A DNA stretch of 64,000 nt from contig JANTHO010000003.1 in the NCBI GenBank assembly GCA_024762335.1, positions 1,115 through 65,114 on the forward strand. Direction: 5' to 3'. The notes under the pieces were generated by a model, which was given only the letters and a program-made list of their open reading frames with translations, did not search any database and was not told where the DNA came from. Shown in pieces: positions 61,264 to 64,000 of the stretch. Source of the DNA: Acidimicrobiia bacterium. GTDB lineage: Bacteria > Actinomycetota > Acidimicrobiia > Spongiisociales > UBA5794. The first letter of the stretch is position 1; every line of letters begins with the position of its first letter. The position numbers and the translations under genes are program-made.

Positions 61264-62740
61264 CGTTTCCTCCGAGAGCTCGGATCATTGTTGCCGCGTC
61301 GGGTGAGCTGTCGAGCAGCTTCTCGACGTGGCCCCGTGTCCCTCGTAACGGGTTCATCATAGGAACGCGTTTGAGGGTTTCTTCCCCGATATCGAAGATC
61401 AGAGAATCCCAGTTCGCCGCAACCAGAGCGTCGCGGTATCGGGTGACACACGCACCCCTGAAGTAGGCCCGCGTGTCTTGCGGTGGGTCCGATACGGCAC
61501 GTTCGACTTCTGCATCGGTGAACAGTCGGCGAATGTGCCCACGGGTCACCAACCGCCGGTACAAGCTTCTTCCAGGATCCACGTCGTGATACTGCAGGTC
61601 GAGGAGCCGAATCTTTCCATCGTCCCAGCCGAGTGCGTCCCGATCCCGATATCCGTCGAGCAACCGAAGTTTCGCCGTCCAGTCGAGCCGGTCGGATGTC
61701 GACGCCGGGTCCCGCCCGAGATCCGTCAGGATCCTCTCCCACTCGTCCAACACCTGAATCCACACGGCAGACACACCCGTAGTGCGGGTGAAGCGATCCA
61801 CGTCTTCGAAGATGCTCCACTGGAGATCGAGCGCCGTCAGACGCGTACCGTCGTTCGTTGTGAGCCTATGGCGGAGCGTCGGGTCGTGGCTCACGGACCA
61901 GACTTCCCGTACCGGGTCGTCGAGCACGACCGGGCCGGGAAGGCCGCCGCCCTCGATCGCAGCCAGGACGAGTGCCGTCGTCCCGAGCTTCAGGAACGTT
62001 TGAACCTCGTTGAGCGTGGCGTCCCCGATGATGACGTGGAGTCGCCGGTACTTGCCGGGATCGGCGTGGGGTTCGTCCCTCGTGTTGATGATGGGACGCT
62101 TGAGGGTTGTCTCCAACCCGACCTCCTCTTCGAAGAAGTCGGCGCGCTGGGTGATCTGGAAACCGACATCGGGACGCCCGTTCTCCGCACCAACCTTCCC
62201 CGATCCGGTGAAGATCTGGCGGCTGACGAAGAAGGGCGTCAGGTGCCCCACGATATCCCGGAACGGAGTGGCGCGGGCGATCAGGTAGTTCTCGTGCGCC
62301 CCGTAGGAATTACCTTTTCCGTCGCTGTTGTTCTTGTGCACGATCATGCGCTCATCGATCCCCAGGAGCCGCTGTGCGGCCGCGACGGCGGTCACCATGA
62401 CGGATTCGCCGGCTTTGTCGTAGAGGGCCGCTGCGAGCGGGTCGGTCGTTTCCGGCGTCGAGTACTCCGGATGCGCGTGATCGACGTAGAGGCGGGCGCC
62501 GTTCGTCAGGACCGTGTTCACGAGGCCTGTGTCGAGGTCGAAGTCCCCTTCTCGCTCGACGTCGATGCCGCGCATATCGCTGCCGGGACTCTCTTCGTCG
62601 TACGACCAGCGGATCCTGGACTGCCGGTCGGCATATCCGTTCACAACGGCTGTTGATGCCGCGACCGGGTTGAAGCCACCCTGATTGAGGATCGTGATCC
62701 CAAATTCGGTTTCGGTGCCCAGCACCCTACCGGCCGTCAT
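61256..62740 (-). CDS. dop: Pup deamidase/depupylase Dop
   Basis: GTETEFGI, LYVDHAHPEYS, KNNSDGKGNSYG, AANWDS. Confidence 0.96.
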   Translation of the reverse strand: MTAGRVLGTETEFGITILNQGGFNPVAASTAVVNGYADRQSRIRWSYDEESPGSDMRGIDVEREGDFDLDTGLVNTVLTNGARLYVDHAHPEYSTPETTDPLAAALYDKAGESVMVTAVAAAQRLLGIDERMIVHKNNSDGKGNSYGAHENYLIARATPFRDIVGHLTPFFVSRQIFTGSGKVGAENGRPDVGFQITQRADFFEEEVGLETTLKRPIINTRDEPHADPGKYRRLHVIIGDATLNEVQTFLKLGTTALVLAAIEGGGLPGPVVLDDPVREVWSVSHDPTLRHRLTTNDGTRLTALDLQWSIFEDVDRFTRTTGVSAVWIQVLDEWERILTDLGRDPASTSDRLDWTAKLRLLDGYRDRDALGWDDGKIRLLDLQYHDVDPGRSLYRRLVTRGHIRRLFTDAEVERAVSDPPQDTRAYFRGACVTRYRDALVAANWDSLIFDIGEETLKRVPMMNPLRGTRGHVEKLLDSSPDAATMIRALGGNDG

Positions 62741-62746
62741 GCAGCC

Positions 62747-64000
62747 TCAAAGGTACTGGCCGGGGCTGACGGCTTCGACCGTGCGACTCTCCCGGTCACC
62801 GTCGATCAGGGTCCTCACGTAGACAATTCGCTCACCCTTCTTGCCCGAGATCCGCGCCCAGTCGTCCGGGTTCGTCGTGTTCGGAAGGTCCTCGTGTTCA
62901 CGGAATTCCTGGGAGACTGCCGCCATCAGGTCGGCGGTGCGCAGGCCATGCTCGTCGGAATCGATCTCCCTCTTGATCGCTTCCTTCTTCGCCCTCCGGA
63001 CGATGTTCTCGATCATCGCTCCCGAGGCGAAGTCTTTGAAGTAGAGCGTTTCGCGGTCACCGTTCGCATAGGTGACTTCGAGGAAGCGATTGTCCTGGTC
63101 TTCGCGGAACATCTTGTCGACCACGGCATCCACCATCGCCTCGATGAGTTCGTCGAGATCCCCGCCGTGCTCGGCGAGTTCCCCAGCGTCGTAGGGCAGA
63201 TCGTCGGTCAGGTAGATTCGGCAGATCTGTGCCGTGGCCTCGCGTCCCGGGCGTTCTACCTTGATCTTGACATCGAGCCGTCCGGGCCTCAGGATGGCCG
63301 GATCGATCAGATCCTCCCGGTTCGACGCTCCGATCACGATGACGTTCTTGAGCGCCTCGACACCGTCGAGTTCGGACAGCAGCTGGGGAACGATCGTCGA
63401 CTCCACATCGGATGAGACGCCCGTCCCGCGGGTCCGGAAGAGAGAATCCATCTCGTCGAAGAACACGATGACGGGCACTCCCTGGTCGGACTTCTCTTTC
63501 GCACGCTGGAAGATCAACCGGATCTGGCGCTCCGTTTCTCCGACGTACTTGTTGAGGAGTTCCGGTCCCTTGATGTTGAGGAAGTAGGAACGCGTGTCGC
63601 CCGTCCCCTCTCGGTCGGCGACGGCCTTCGCGAGACTGTTCGCCACCGCCTTGGCAATGAGGGTCTTACCACAGCCCGGCGGTCCGTAGAGCAAGACCCC
63701 CTTCGGTGCGGCCAGGTCGTACCGAGCGAACCGTTCCTTGTGGATGTAGGGAAGTTCGACGGCGTCGCGGATCACCTCGATCTGGCTTCCGAGGCCTCCG
63801 ATCTGCTCGTAGGTCACGTCCGGAACCTCTTCGAGAACCAGCTCCCCCACCTCGGGCCGAACGAGCCTCTCGAATACCAGTCCGGTTACGGGATCCATCC
63901 GCACGTGGTCGCCCACACGGAGCAGCTCATCGGCCACCGCCTCCGATCGACCGACGACCCGTTCCTCTTCGGCTCTCCCCAGCACGATCAACCGATCATC
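62747..64000 (-). CDS. arc: Proteasome AAA ATPase ARC/Mpa (5' end outside the window)
   Basis: [30 protein letters not shown]-terminal GQYL. Confidence 0.97.
   Translation of the reverse strand, partial: DDRLIVLGRAEEERVVGRSEAVADELLRVGDHVRMDPVTGLVFERLVRPEVGELVLEEVPDVTYEQIGGLGSQIEVIRDAVELPYIHKERFARYDLAAPKGVLLYGPPGCGKTLIAKAVANSLAKAVADREGTGDTRSYFLNIKGPELLNKYVGETERQIRLIFQRAKEKSDQGVPVIVFFDEMDSLFRTRGTGVSSDVESTIVPQLLSELDGVEALKNVIVIGASNREDLIDPAILRPGRLDVKIKVERPGREATAQICRIYLTDDLPYDAGELAEHGGDLDELIEAMVDAVVDKMFREDQDNRFLEVTYANGDRETLYFKDFASGAMIENIVRRAKKEAIKREIDSDEHGLRTADLMAAVSQEFREHEDLPNTTNPDDWARISGKKGERIVYVRTLIDGDRESRTVEAVSPGQYL

Overview
High-GC, gene-dense chromosomal segment from an actinobacterium, most consistent with Acidimicrobiia (inferred from gene content and order). 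It is almost entirely core or metabolic genes, mostly on the minus strand: trkAH; P450, msrB, ALDH, maf and acyl-CoA dehydrogenases; mscS-rnhB-yqgE; add and ppgK; the pgsA2-gcvH-garA-MerR-BFN-MerR(McdR-like) cluster with dac/hpt inserted; an FGGY kinase paired with an S1P-lyase-like enzyme; tRNA-Pro(GGG) with a small att-bounded insert; the HAD-tlyA-NAD kinase-recN-pyrG-NUDIX-xerD and scpAB-rluB-aroA-cmk runs, followed by DUF512-der; and a Pup-proteasome locus (arc [partial]-dop-pup-prcBA / pafA-pafBC-tat-helY). I saw no CRISPR array, rRNA, transposase or phage. The most unusual stretch is 16.2-17.9 kb. There, an McdR-like MerR gene has a promoter with a perfect DnaA box and a probable autoregulatory palindrome, and is coupled to a small PD-(D/E)xK-like protein. 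A 110-nt rod-like palindrome follows, whose end motif recurs at 49.7 kb, and then a shrunken GcvPA-like ORF in the position where gcvP normally lies. Other points of note are probable non-canonical starts (ATC for rluB, CTG for tlyA), many apparently leaderless genes, a 7x DxDGDG repeat protein and a 49-aa membrane protein missed by the ORF track. All assignments were made by eye from motifs; no database search was run.
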